Part shown: positions 40,369-52,000 of the stretch, in pieces
Layout of the letters: every line of letters begins with the position of its first letter
Numbering within the stretch: the first letter of the stretch is position 1
Notes under the pieces: generated by a model
Databases searched by the model: none
Seen by the model: only the letters and a program-made list of their open reading frames with translations
Told to the model about the DNA's origin: nothing
DNA from: an uncultured bacterium
GTDB taxonomy: Bacteria > Patescibacteriota > JACMRA01
NCBI GenBank assembly: GCA_963784355.1
Contig: CAWAQU010000006.1
Location: forward strand, 14,517-78,516
Length of the DNA: 64,000 nucleotides
Direction: 5' to 3'
Position numbers and translations under genes: made by a program

Positions 40369-40380
40369 GACTTCGTATAA
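40369..40380 (+). repeat. dif-arm copy 6
   Basis: GACTTCGTATAA-CATGTTAAAG in the femX-dnaG gap. Confidence 0.85.
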
Positions 40381-40391
40381 CATGTTAAAGA

Positions 40392-41543
40392 TTAGTCTTT
40401 TTTAAATTTCCACACTAATTTTCTCAAATTATCTTTATAACCTGTACGTAAAAATATAATTTTACCCCATAACCACGATTTTAAGGGATTTATAGGTAAA
40501 ACAAAAAGTCCGTAATTATCAATTCTATAGCCGCCAAAACTAAGCTTGTGGTCTGAATAACCTGAATGTTGACCGGAATTAGGCACTACCCCCCAAAAAT
40601 CATAGGTTTTTGAACCATATTTCTTAGCTGCTAGAATTGACTCCCAGCGCAACAAATACATAGCTTTAACCTGTGGATGCAGTCTATTGGAAGCAGCATA
40701 AAAAGATGAAGACCAGTATTTTGTTCTTTGGGAAATATTGATAGCAATCACATCACCCTCATAGCTAGCTTCAAAAAGTGAGATATTATTAGTACCCTTA
40801 AATACCTCAAATAGTCTAACAAAGCTTTTCAGGGGTCTAATCGGATAGCCTTTAGCTCTTTTCTGAGTTTCCAGTAATAAATTGTAGAATTGCTCAATTT
40901 TATCATGAATTTCAGGAGAATCAGGAGTATGCTCTTTTACAACTACACCTTTTTTCTGAGCCAACTTTATATTATAACGAGTATTTTTATGGCAAAGACC
41001 AAGTAAATTTTCCTTTGTAGCAGAAAGATCATAATACAATTTGTATTTTGGCTGTACATTTCTAGGTGTTTTTTTAAATCCGTTTTTTATAAGTATTTCC
41101 GATAGTTCCGGATCAACGAAGTGTTCTAAATCTAAAGGTAATTCAACTTCCAAATTTGCGTTAACTCCTATTTTAGGCTCAATCTCAAGAGTAAAAATGT
41201 TATATTTCTGGGTAATTTTTTTAAGTTCAGCTATAAATAATGGTAAGGCAGTTTCTAAATTCATTTTATCAGTAAAAATAGGCCCGTGTGGTACGTACCC
41301 GTAATTTCCTAAAAACCCGGCTTTTTTATACAATATCTGCGCCCCAAATAACAACCTGTCACTTTCACCTGACTTCTCGAAAACCCCTACTTTTAATGAT
41401 TTCCAGTCTTCTTCTTTTTTAACTTCACCCCATTCATGAAATTGTAATATATCACCCCATTTGGAATTATCTACAAACTCATCCCACATTTTAAGCTCAA
41501 TTTCCAAAAGCTCCCTAACTATAAATTCCGAAGACATAAACAT
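40392..41543 (-). CDS. FemABX/MurM-family lipid II aminoacyltransferase
   Basis: ILQFHEWG, YVPHGP, KNTRYNIKLAQKKGV, YLLRWE, YDFWG. Confidence 0.88.
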   Translation of the reverse strand: MFMSSEFIVRELLEIELKMWDEFVDNSKWGDILQFHEWGEVKKEEDWKSLKVGVFEKSGESDRLLFGAQILYKKAGFLGNYGYVPHGPIFTDKMNLETALPLFIAELKKITQKYNIFTLEIEPKIGVNANLEVELPLDLEHFVDPELSEILIKNGFKKTPRNVQPKYKLYYDLSATKENLLGLCHKNTRYNIKLAQKKGVVVKEHTPDSPEIHDKIEQFYNLLLETQKRAKGYPIRPLKSFVRLFEVFKGTNNISLFEASYEGDVIAINISQRTKYWSSSFYAASNRLHPQVKAMYLLRWESILAAKKYGSKTYDFWGVVPNSGQHSGYSDHKLSFGGYRIDNYGLFVLPINPLKSWLWGKIIFLRTGYKDNLRKLVWKFKKD

Positions 41544-41719
41544 TTATCTCATCTTGCAGATTTAAAATAATGTCAATTTTACCAATGATAGCTAAAACTA
41601 TTTAATATTAAATTTATGAATGAGAAAACAACTGTCTGAGTTACGATACATTTAAAATTACCGCTAAATTCAAATAACGAGTTTTGTTTTAGAGTAAGTA
41701 AGTTTAGTATTAAATGGCC

Positions 41720-41746
41720 ACAAAAAAAACCCGGTAAAAACCGGAG
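41720..41746 (-). terminator. Intrinsic terminator
   Basis: Minus strand CCGGT-TTTT-ACCGG followed by long T tract after the 402-aa gene. Confidence 0.7.
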
Positions 41747-41770
41747 TAAAATTTAAAGTTAATTTTTTAA

Positions 41771-42979
41771 TTAGAAAGCGTATGTAGAATAACCATCGTA
41801 TGTTCTAACTACACCATTAGGATCGTTAGCTCTAGGTCCTCCAATATCAGGATTTTCCCAGTCTAAGAAGTTGAATGAAATTATCTTGTAATCTCCATCA
41901 TTAGCTCCTAAACTACACTCTACAGGGTTACCGTTACGTACCATCTTACTTCCGTTTCTCTCATATAAATCACCTACTCTTACACCATTTACTGTTGCTC
42001 TATAAACACAAGCTGTAGATCTATATCCATCATCCCAAGAAGCGTAAAAAGTATGAGTATGAATAAACATGTTTGTGTTTGCATTGTTGTTTCCTGCTAA
42101 TTGTCCACCATATTTAGTTCTAAAGAAACTCATACACTGATCAACGTTACTGTCATTAAATCCAAACCAAGTCTTACATTCATCTCTTGTAGGGTATTTG
42201 ATTACATAAATATATTGAAATGCATGAATACTTCTTTCTTCAACAGTAGCGTTGTTTTGGAATTTACATTCTTTAGAAGGGTTGTTTACATCAATACCAT
42301 AATCGCTAGGTTTGTAGGTGTCTAACCCATTAAGGCTAGATCTTACAGAAATTTGTCCATTTTGGATATCACAGTTACCACCTAAGTAAGTATATTTGTT
42401 ATTTCCTAAATCAATCAATTTATCTACACCTGTACTGAACCATCTAGGTACTCCCTGCCCTTGTAGACAGTTGCTACCATAACTTGGGTAAATTCTACAT
42501 TTGTACTCATCAGTAAAGATCTTATCAAGCTTTACATTTTCTGCTCTATTTACTGAAGCAACTGCTTGTTTTACACTTGCATCTTCATTATAAGTACTTA
42601 CATTTTGATTGGTTACACCCATTAAAGGTAAGTTTAGACTACAAAAGTCTTGCTTTGTATTACCTGTATTGGTATAAATTGTATCAAAATTACAATAGTT
42701 ATTTTTTTGTGCAGCCCCATTTACAAAAAGTTTGTCTTGGCTTACACATCCTTTTTTATCATATGGTTTGGTATTTGAGTTACCGGCAGCTAAGTCTGCA
42801 ACTTTTTGTCCAAAATTAAAAACTTCCATACAAGCAATCATGCTCATTGAAAAATCTTGTGATTGAGAGGGGATTGTAGTAGCCGCATAACTTGGAATAC
42901 TAAAACCCAAGAGACTAACAAAAGCCAAAGCTAAAGTTATATTTCTTAATTGTTTTTTTGCAAATTTATATATAGTCAT
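41771..42979 (-). CDS. Secreted Cys/Asn-rich hypothetical protein
   Basis: Signal peptide (KFAKK..ALAFVSLLGFSIPSYAA) and many dispersed Cys. Confidence 0.75.
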   Translation of the reverse strand: MTIYKFAKKQLRNITLALAFVSLLGFSIPSYAATTIPSQSQDFSMSMIACMEVFNFGQKVADLAAGNSNTKPYDKKGCVSQDKLFVNGAAQKNNYCNFDTIYTNTGNTKQDFCSLNLPLMGVTNQNVSTYNEDASVKQAVASVNRAENVKLDKIFTDEYKCRIYPSYGSNCLQGQGVPRWFSTGVDKLIDLGNNKYTYLGGNCDIQNGQISVRSSLNGLDTYKPSDYGIDVNNPSKECKFQNNATVEERSIHAFQYIYVIKYPTRDECKTWFGFNDSNVDQCMSFFRTKYGGQLAGNNNANTNMFIHTHTFYASWDDGYRSTACVYRATVNGVRVGDLYERNGSKMVRNGNPVECSLGANDGDYKIISFNFLDWENPDIGGPRANDPNGVVRTYDGYSTYAF

Positions 42980-43037
42980 ATTTCAATTCTAATTAAGTTT
43001 ATAGCACATATTTTTAAGATAGTCAACAGGGTTTAAA

Positions 43038-46000
43038 TTAGTTACCACCACCCGCTTGAGGAACCCAAGGATTTGTATTAACTCCATTATTAAATTGGAT
43101 TGACGGCCTTACTGGTTGCACTATTGGTGGTGGAGTTGTTGGTGCAATAGGCGTTACTACTTGCCCTGGTAATGACCCTGGAAGAGTTTCGGGAGTTCCA
43201 ATTCCGCTACCCACACCTACATCAGGTTTAACTATAACAGGTGTTTCAGGCACTACTACTTCGGGTACTTGTGGTTGTACTGGCACTGTTGGCTGTGTTG
43301 GAGTTACTGGTGGTTGCACTATTGGTGGTGGAGTTGTTGGTGCAATAGGCGTTACTACTTGCCCTGGTAATGACCCTGGAAGAGTTTCGGGAGTTCCAAT
43401 TCCGCTACCCACACCTACATCAGGTTTAACTATAACAGGTGTTTCAGGCACTACTACTTCGGGTACTTGTGGTTGTACTGGCACTGTTGGCTGTGTTGGA
43501 GTTACTGGTGGTTGCTCAATTACTGGAACTACATCAGGCTTTGGCACTACTACTTCTGCTGGAGTTGATGTTGGTACTGTTGGTGATTGAACATTACTTG
43601 TTGGTATATTTACCTCAGGTTTAACTGGAGCAGTAGGTATTGGCCCCTGTTGCCCTGTTGTTGCTGGAGTTGTTGTACCAGTTGAAACACCTTCATTAAC
43701 GTTCACACTTGGTTTTGGGGCTGGAGCAGTAGGTACCTCTACTCCATTACCTGTTGAACTTGGTTGTGTTGGTGATGTAGATCCTCCTTGATTTGGAGTT
43801 ACATTTTTAGGAGCCTCAGGCGTTGGCCCTTGATTTGGCTGTGATGTTGGAGTTGTTTCCGAAGTTGCATTACCTTGCTCCCTTTTAATTTCTTTTTTCA
43901 CTTCAGGTTGGCTATGACTAGGTGTAGCTACAAGTGAAATTCTGCTATTTCTTTGCTCAATTTCAGCTAAATGTACTTCTTTCACAGCTTTCAAAGCTTG
44001 ACATAGTGCCACATCCTGCAAATCGCTTTCTGTACTCATAGTTACTTCCATGTATCTGCTACTACCAATACTTAGGAATAATTTTCCTGTAAATAGACCT
44101 AGAATGCTTGATGATGATCCTTTTTTCAAGTTGAATGAAGTAATATCACTTCTAGCGAATCCTTCTATAATCATTTTAGCATTTTTAGTATCTCCGTTTG
44201 CAATCAAAACATTCAAGCCTTCAATTACATCATGCATAGTTACATTAGGTGCAACATTTCTATTGGGTATTCCTGCTAATTTTTGTTTTAGCTGCGCATC
44301 TGAAAGAGGTTTAAGATTTGTAATATCTTTTCCGTAAATTGAAATTACATTGTTTTTGAGTGCAGGGAAGCATGATTCAAACATTTTTTTAGCAGATTCA
44401 TGCAATTTTCCAAGTGATTCACCAGCTTCAACTGTATTATTTCCTTTTATTGAATCAACAGCTAATGCAGCTCCACTCGATTTAGTTTTCTGCTCATATT
44501 GAGGTACAGTAAGACATTCTGCTGCTGTGGCTACTACACTAATATTTCCTTTAAACTCAGGTTGATTGACTAAAGACAAATTGTTGCACCACAAAATTTC
44601 GAAAGAGTGGTCATTAAACATTCTAATCCTGGTATTACCATTTTTCAGCAATGTAGCCGTAACATCAAGTTTAGTATTGCTGTTATTTGAAACAACCTGG
44701 GTAATAACCTTATTTAATAAACCAGCCTCACTAACTGTGGTAATTTTACCTCCACCATTTGCAAATTTCTTTATTTCAGAAGCATTGAAATCTCCAGAGG
44801 ATTTTAAGTATGCTGCTGTAACAGCCTTGGGACTATGTCCGACTTTCTTAATCAAGCTTTGGATTTGTGCTTTATCATGATCTAATCCTTTCAATCTTCC
44901 TTCAGCTACAATTCCACCTGCCTGTTTTAGGTGTCCTCTAATTTCATCACTTAGATCATTTGTATGACCTGCCATTTGTTCTAGACTAGAACTTGCTCCA
45001 GTTACTATAACAGGATTACTTCCTGCTACACCCGTTCTTACACCTCTATTTCTTTCAGTTGAAATAATCAAAGCAGTGTTTTGAATAGCTTTAGCAACTT
45101 GAGCAGCTTCCTCAGCACTATTTATTGTAAAACTCTTACCATTTCCAAGATTGATAGTGTAATTAATTTTACCACTTTTATCACTTACTGCTTTAGTAAA
45201 CGCTGTAATAAATGACGCGCCATTAGCAGTTTCATTTTTAATTACTCCCGCCAATTTTGGATCAGTTTCAGCAGACTTATAAACAGCTATAGTTTGTAAA
45301 AAGTCATCTTTACTTTCCACTCTAATTCCACCTTTATCTTCACCGCTCCAACTAACAAAACCTCCATATTTTAAAAGTGGTACAACAATATGTAATAGTT
45401 CCGCTGCCCTTGGTAAGCCATATTTTACTTTGTAATCATTAGAAATTTCATTGTAAATTTTATTTAATCTGGCCACTTCTTGTGGATTATTTGGACTGAA
45501 ACCGATTTCACTATTAGTACTGCCTCTTTCATAAATTCCCCAAGGAGTAGGTATAATTATTCCTGAAGTACTAGCTTTTCTTACAAATTGTTCTTTACTC
45601 AAAGTCTCTTGCCCCTCTGCTTTCAATAATGCATTTAATTCAGAAAGGTTATTATTGAATTCTTTATCTGTAGCTGTACCTCTATTCCTGCTATATAAAT
45701 CACTGTAGCGGTATTGATTTGCCAGATCTAACGCTTCTTTAGCTTGCTCGCTAGTTAACTTATTATACTTTGCCATATGAGCTAAATCGTTTAATCTTCT
45801 AGGCATTCCTCTTGATTCAGAAAAATTACCTTCTCCAAACCCAGCAACAATTTTATTCATTCTACTTAGAGTCACATCCATAAACGCTGTCACTCCATCA
45901 GCACCCAACGCAGCTTGTGCAAGATTTATATCTCTGATATTTAGTCGGCCATTACTAGCAAGTATTCTATCACCTCCAGGTAACCAACGTAATCCAACAG

Positions 46001-49000
46001 CAATCTTAACAAATCTACTTTGAGCCGGAGTTAGTTGATTATATGAAATTTTACCATTACTAAAGTCTGCATAAGTACTTCTTAACGCATTTAGTAAAGC
46101 TCTGGTATCCATATCAGATTTTCCTTCTGCCCCAGCTGCCAAAATTCTAGTTACTGATACTAAATCTGTAGGTGGAACACCTATTTTTATAAACCTGTCC
46201 CTTAACTCCTTATCTGCAACAGTAGCTTTAAACCGACTAGCATCCAAGGCTTTTGATAGTGAAATTTCTTTACCGTCTTCACCAGTTATTCTCATGTTTT
46301 CAAGAGCAGCTAGCCCGTCTAATCCATTTGCGTTAGGATTTACACCTGGCTCAATTCTAGATCTTACTCTAGGATCATTAGGGTTTACATCTATAATCCT
46401 ATCTCTAACCTCATCTTCGGACAGACCCGTATTTATCATTTTAGATAAATTTTCTCTAGATAAAGCAATATCAGCTGAATGTTCACCATTGATATGTTCT
46501 CCGGCAATATAAAAATTTGCAATTTGTGAAGTATTACCAATTCTATAAGCCTTCTTAGTTACAGTATCAATATATACCAATTTAAATGTATATTTCTTTG
46601 TTTCTTGATTCCTATCCGCAACAAATCCAAGTGCAGTGTTGTTTTTATCAGCCTCACTAACAATCTGTACATCATTCAAACTTAATTCAGGACCTCTAGT
46701 AAGTGTATCAACTCCGGTAAAGGTAACTTTTACTAGTTCAATAACGTTGTTTCCGGATATTCTTGCATTAACATTTTTATTTAAAGTATTCTCCTTATCG
46801 GCTACATTAATAGCTTTGTTAGAATTTTCTAATTTGCTAGCTGAATTTTTTACATTGTTTAAGTCAGCCCTTGCAACTTTTAGTTGTTTTTGCAGTTCAT
46901 TACGTGTTTTAGGATTTTTTGTACCATCCAATTTCTTTTGCAAATCAGATATTTTAGATTCTAAAGGCTTAATTTTAGTATTATAGGACGCTGACTGTTT
47001 ATTTTGCTCCAAAACAATCTTATTATTAGCACTAGGTTTAGATATTACTTCTGCTTTATCAACTATCACTTCATTTCCGCCGTTAACAGCATTAATAACA
47101 CTTGAACCAGCTCCATTATTTTCATTGGTTTCTACACTTTGATTACTTACATTAACTTTAGTTACATTAGCTACGGCGTTTTCCGGATTTGGAATTTTCA
47201 ACCCTAGATTTTTATAAACTTCAGCAACTGGCATGTCTGTCCTTAAAGCATAAGCTTCGACTTTTGTTCTCAATTGAGTATCGGCATATGTTAGTTGATC
47301 AGCTATTCTTTGAACTTGCTTTTCATTAGCAACAAGCTGAGATTCAATCCTTCGTGCAATGGTTCTTCTAGTTTCTACACTTCCTTTATTATTAGCCCTA
47401 TATTGCTTTCTCAATTCCTCATTTTTTAGATATAATCTTCTGGATTCAGCTTCAAGTCTTCTTTTTTCTGCTAGTGTACCCTTAAACTCCGGTGTAACTT
47501 TATTTATATCAATATTATTTCTTTTAGCTTCAGTAGTGGACTGCTGTTGTAGTTCGTCATTTTGCTCATTTGAGTCTTCATTCCACCATACTGTCTTTGG
47601 GGAGTTTGGAGTTTTATTTGACTGTGCTACTACTTGAGGTTTCGGCTTGGGTTCAACTTTTTCAGCATTTACAGACACTGATTTAACCCATCCTAATTCT
47701 TGTTTAGCACTCTCACTTGGTCTATAAACTACATATTCTGCTTTTCCACCAACATTGAATGGTCTAACAAGCAGTTTTTCAGGATTACCCTTTACATATC
47801 TAACTAAGAACTCCTGCCCGTTTAATTTCACCGTTTCATCCTTTATACCTGTGATGAGCTGCGAAGCTTTAATAGTTGTCTTAGTTAACAAACCTCTCAT
47901 TAAATCATTGCTAAATCTAGCTTCTTGGATTTGTAAGTTATTATTTTCTGCAACAGGATTATTGCCATTATTTACATTTTGATTAGTAGGCTCCGGCTTT
48001 GCATCCACTGCTATATCCGGATAGGCATTTACAGCTACATTAGGATAAATCTTAGAATTTTTGTTTGCTTGAGCTTGTTGGTTAACTATAGTCGGTTTAT
48101 CCCAACCCAATGAAACTCTAGTATCTTTTGTTGGTTCATAAATCACTGACTTACTGTCACCACTGTCACCCCTTACAACAAATGTTCTAACAAGTACTTT
48201 TTCATTCGTGCCTTTAACATAGCCAACTTTAAAACTCTCCTCATTTACTGTTACAGACTGTATTTTTGTACCGTAGGTTATTTGTGAAGGAGTTAAATTA
48301 CTTTTATCAACCCAACGATCCATTGATTTATTAAATCTAGTTTCTTGAGCGGCCAGATCACTAATATTAAGATTAGCTATTTGTACTTGATTGGGCACTT
48401 GTACAGGCTTCGCGTCATTTTGATTTATAGCTTGAGTTTTAGACTCAACAGGACGTGCTGTAGGTTTAGTTACAGGTTTTGTTGGTTCAACATTAGGAGT
48501 TACTATAGGCTTTGGTTTACCTACATTTTGAGCTACAGCTTGACTATTATTTCTTTCAATAGCAACTAATAATTTTTGTCTTGCACCTTCAGAGATTGGG
48601 TTACCTTGTGAATTGATAAAGTATTTAAGTGATTCTTCACTAGGTACAACTACTTTTCCATCTTTTCTAATCAAATACCAAGCTTCTCCACTTTTTGATT
48701 TATAAATTGAAAATGGCTCTCCTCCATAGGTGATTTTAGTATTGGCACTAATCAAATTTGAACGAGATATTTTGGCAGACTCTAATTCAAGTACAGGCCT
48801 TAATGGAGCATTTTGAACTACTTCTGTTCTTGTTGGTTGTTTTGGCTTAGACTCAATTGGAGTTGGAGCTGCTGCTCTTGTTTGAGCTTCTTTAAGCGCT
48901 GATGCTGAACTTACAAGCTTACTTCTAATCTCTGCAGGTAAAGTTTGGAATCTTTGATCTTTTGATACCCTATCACTTACTACAAAAGCTTCATTATTTT

Positions 49001-52000
49001 TGTTGACTAAGTATAATCTATTTCCGTCTTTACTTACTCTAAAAGTGAATTCTAAATTACCAGCAAGCTTTATACCTTCAATTCCTCGATATGAGAAGGT
49101 TTTGGTGTCTCTTGCAATATTTATATTAGGAACTTTGGTTAGATCAGTTGGTGCAAGTATATTATTTAAGGGTAAAAAGTTGAGGTCAGAAGCACCCTTT
49201 ATATCAGGTATACTTTGATTTTGAGATATAGCTGCAATCTTTTCCTCTGTAGCATTTGAGTCGTTAAAACTTGCATTAGGTGTTAATTTACTAGTATCAG
49301 GTAAATTTCTACTACCCTGAGCATTGTTTACACTGGTAGGAGCTTCACTATGTTCTGCATGAGCAATTTTAGTAGTTTGCCCTGCCCAAGGATTAATAGG
49401 TTTAACAATATCATTTGTACTTACAGTTGTAGTTTGAGAGCCTTGAACTGTATTTAATACCTTATTCAAAGAACTTCGATAGTCACTTTCCCCATTAATT
49501 TTTCTAGCACTAGCAATATCAAGCTTTGTACCTATAATTTTATTATCACCGGTAGCAGTTAACGAGTATACAGATCCTGATTTATCAGTAAACACTGTAC
49601 CTGAATTTCCTCTTCCTGTGCTTAAATCACCATTTTTACCTAGAATATTGTGTATTTCAACTCCACTTAAAGATTTTATCCCGTCACTAGTATTAAATAC
49701 ATATAAACCTTGTCCTAAGCTTTTCGCCGGAGAAAGATTTGTTTTGATTGCTTTTGATTCTAGATTAGATTTTATGATATTAAAGTCACCTACACCCAAA
49801 TTAGTACCTTTTGGTACTGCCACCAATAATTCACCACCAATTGTATAGACATCGTTATTTGTATTAAGCTTACCATATTCTTTTACATCGTGACCGGCAA
49901 AGCTAATAGCTTCAATTTTTTTACCCGAAGTTGAAGTAAAATCAACATTGTAAGTACGAGATGATAATCCAAACACTCCTCTGAGTGAAGCTGCCATGTC
50001 TGCTCCAACTGATTTTCCGTTAAATTCGATCTTTTGTAAATTTTTCTCAGCTACAGTTGCCACACTATACATCCCTTCATGAACAGCTTTACCAGCCTCA
50101 GTTTTCATTGCAAACTCCCCACCAAATTTTACGGCTCCAATTACTCCATTCATCAATCTACCTTGAGCATATATAGAACCACTATTTAATAAAGCTTTTG
50201 CAGCTATATCCTTCGCATAATCACCATCGGTTAGTAATCTTTTTATTCCAGCTGGACTTATAAACCTTCTATTTTTTTCATGCGCGTTAATTGATTCCTG
50301 TAATTCGGCATCACTCGCAACTTCTTCATTTCCTTCCAATAAAGCTTCCAGTCTGGCTGCCATCCTAATTGCATCAGTTCTACTAGTAGGCTGATTTACT
50401 TGAGCTTCAGCATTAAACCTCTCCATGAAATCTTTTCCGAAATGGCTACTTGCAATTGCAGTTGCCTGGTACAATTGTTGAGCATCCACACCTACTTTTG
50501 AATTCATAGTTGTATAACCCAAAAGTTCGCTTGTAATACCTTTCCAGTAATTTTTATATTTATTATTTTGGGCATCTACAGCTTCTTTAAGACCGGCAGC
50601 TAATAATTGACTTACATAAGCCTCGGATTTCCCCTGTGCTATAGCAGCATTAATCAAATTCGGTAAACCCATTTCCTGATCCTGAGTCAAAAAAGTACCT
50701 GCCAAAATTCCCGTTGAAGCTGGAATCCATGAGGTATATGGATTAAACATGGCTCTTGATACAACTCTACTCATACCTTTCAACAAAGCTCTAGGATAAA
50801 ACTTCCATTTACCATTTTTATCTTTTCCGACAAAATTATAAACACCTCTAGCGTCACCGGCAGTATTCGTTATACCAATACCCTCATATCCTTCAACCTG
50901 AGTATTTTGCAATGTTTCTATGTGCTGATCCAGCTTGCCTGCTTTTTTAGCAAACGAAGTGATTTTATACTGCCCCCTTATAAAGTCAAAAGCTTTGTTA
51001 AATATACCTATAAGCTCTGCAAGTGACTTATATTTTTCAATGTCTTTAAATCCACCCTGAGCAAAACTGTTTAAATCTTTTTCAAATCCCATTCTAGTTA
51101 CACTAGCCAATTGAGTTAAACCTCTGAATAGAGCAGTATTTTCCTTATTTTTTTGTCCTGAAAGTTGTTTACATAAATTTACTAAAGCATTTTTAGCTAA
51201 CTCATTTTTGTCCTCCAAAACTGAACTATTTACAACAGCCTCTAGTCCGGTCATTTTCTTACCATCGACATCTAGCTCTACAAACTTGCTATCTGGACTT
51301 ATAATAGCTTTCCAAGTTTCAGTGATATCAGTACCTGAAAGCATTCCCGGTAGTTTTAGCTTAAACCTATCAGCAATAAACCTTTGACCCCAACCCAAGC
51401 CTCTACTCAAGACGCTTTTGCCTTTCTCTGTATAATCTGTTGTATCTTTAGTTAAATTAATACCAAAAGTACCTGTTAGTACATTGGCTAAAGCACTAAT
51501 CGAATCCTCATTACTTAAAGCTGTAATAGTTTCTTTTCTATCTTTTTGAATATTATTATCTACTTCCAATTCTCTAGTGTATTCTTCTACTCTATATCGC
51601 CTTATATATTCAAGCTTAAAAGCAGATTTTGATAGATTAGCAGCTAAAGCAGATTGAGGATATTTTTTTTCATTATTAATATCGGCTGGAATCAATTCAA
51701 AATATGATGTCAAATCTAAATTTCTCCTTAAAAATCTTTTAAAATCAGAATACTTTGAAGACGCAAGCAATTTAACAATTAATTCATCATTGATTTCTAA
51801 GCTACCGTTACTTTTCTCCTCAGGTGTCAAAGTTTTGCTTATAAATTCTTCAAATGACTTTAGTTTAGAGTTTTTACTTCCCTCTTCTTTACTTAAACCC
51901 TCAACAATAGAATTTGTCATTGGATCTGACTTTCTAAAAAATGGAACTATATTATTTTTTGAAGCTAGATTATCTTGCTTACCCCTATTAAACGGTACTA

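Noticed and set aside
15767-40380. GACTTCGTATAA repeats as engineered loxP contamination or a CRISPR array
   Set aside because: No copy has the full ATAACTTCGTATA arms, copies are embedded in native intergenic or coding DNA, spacing is irregular (0.5-9 kb) and no cas genes are present.
21363-50220. Weaker dif-arm look-alikes (TCTTCGGATAA about 21363, AATACGCATAA about 23645, CCTTCGCATAA about 50210)
   Set aside because: Two or more mismatches and no partner arm; expected by chance.
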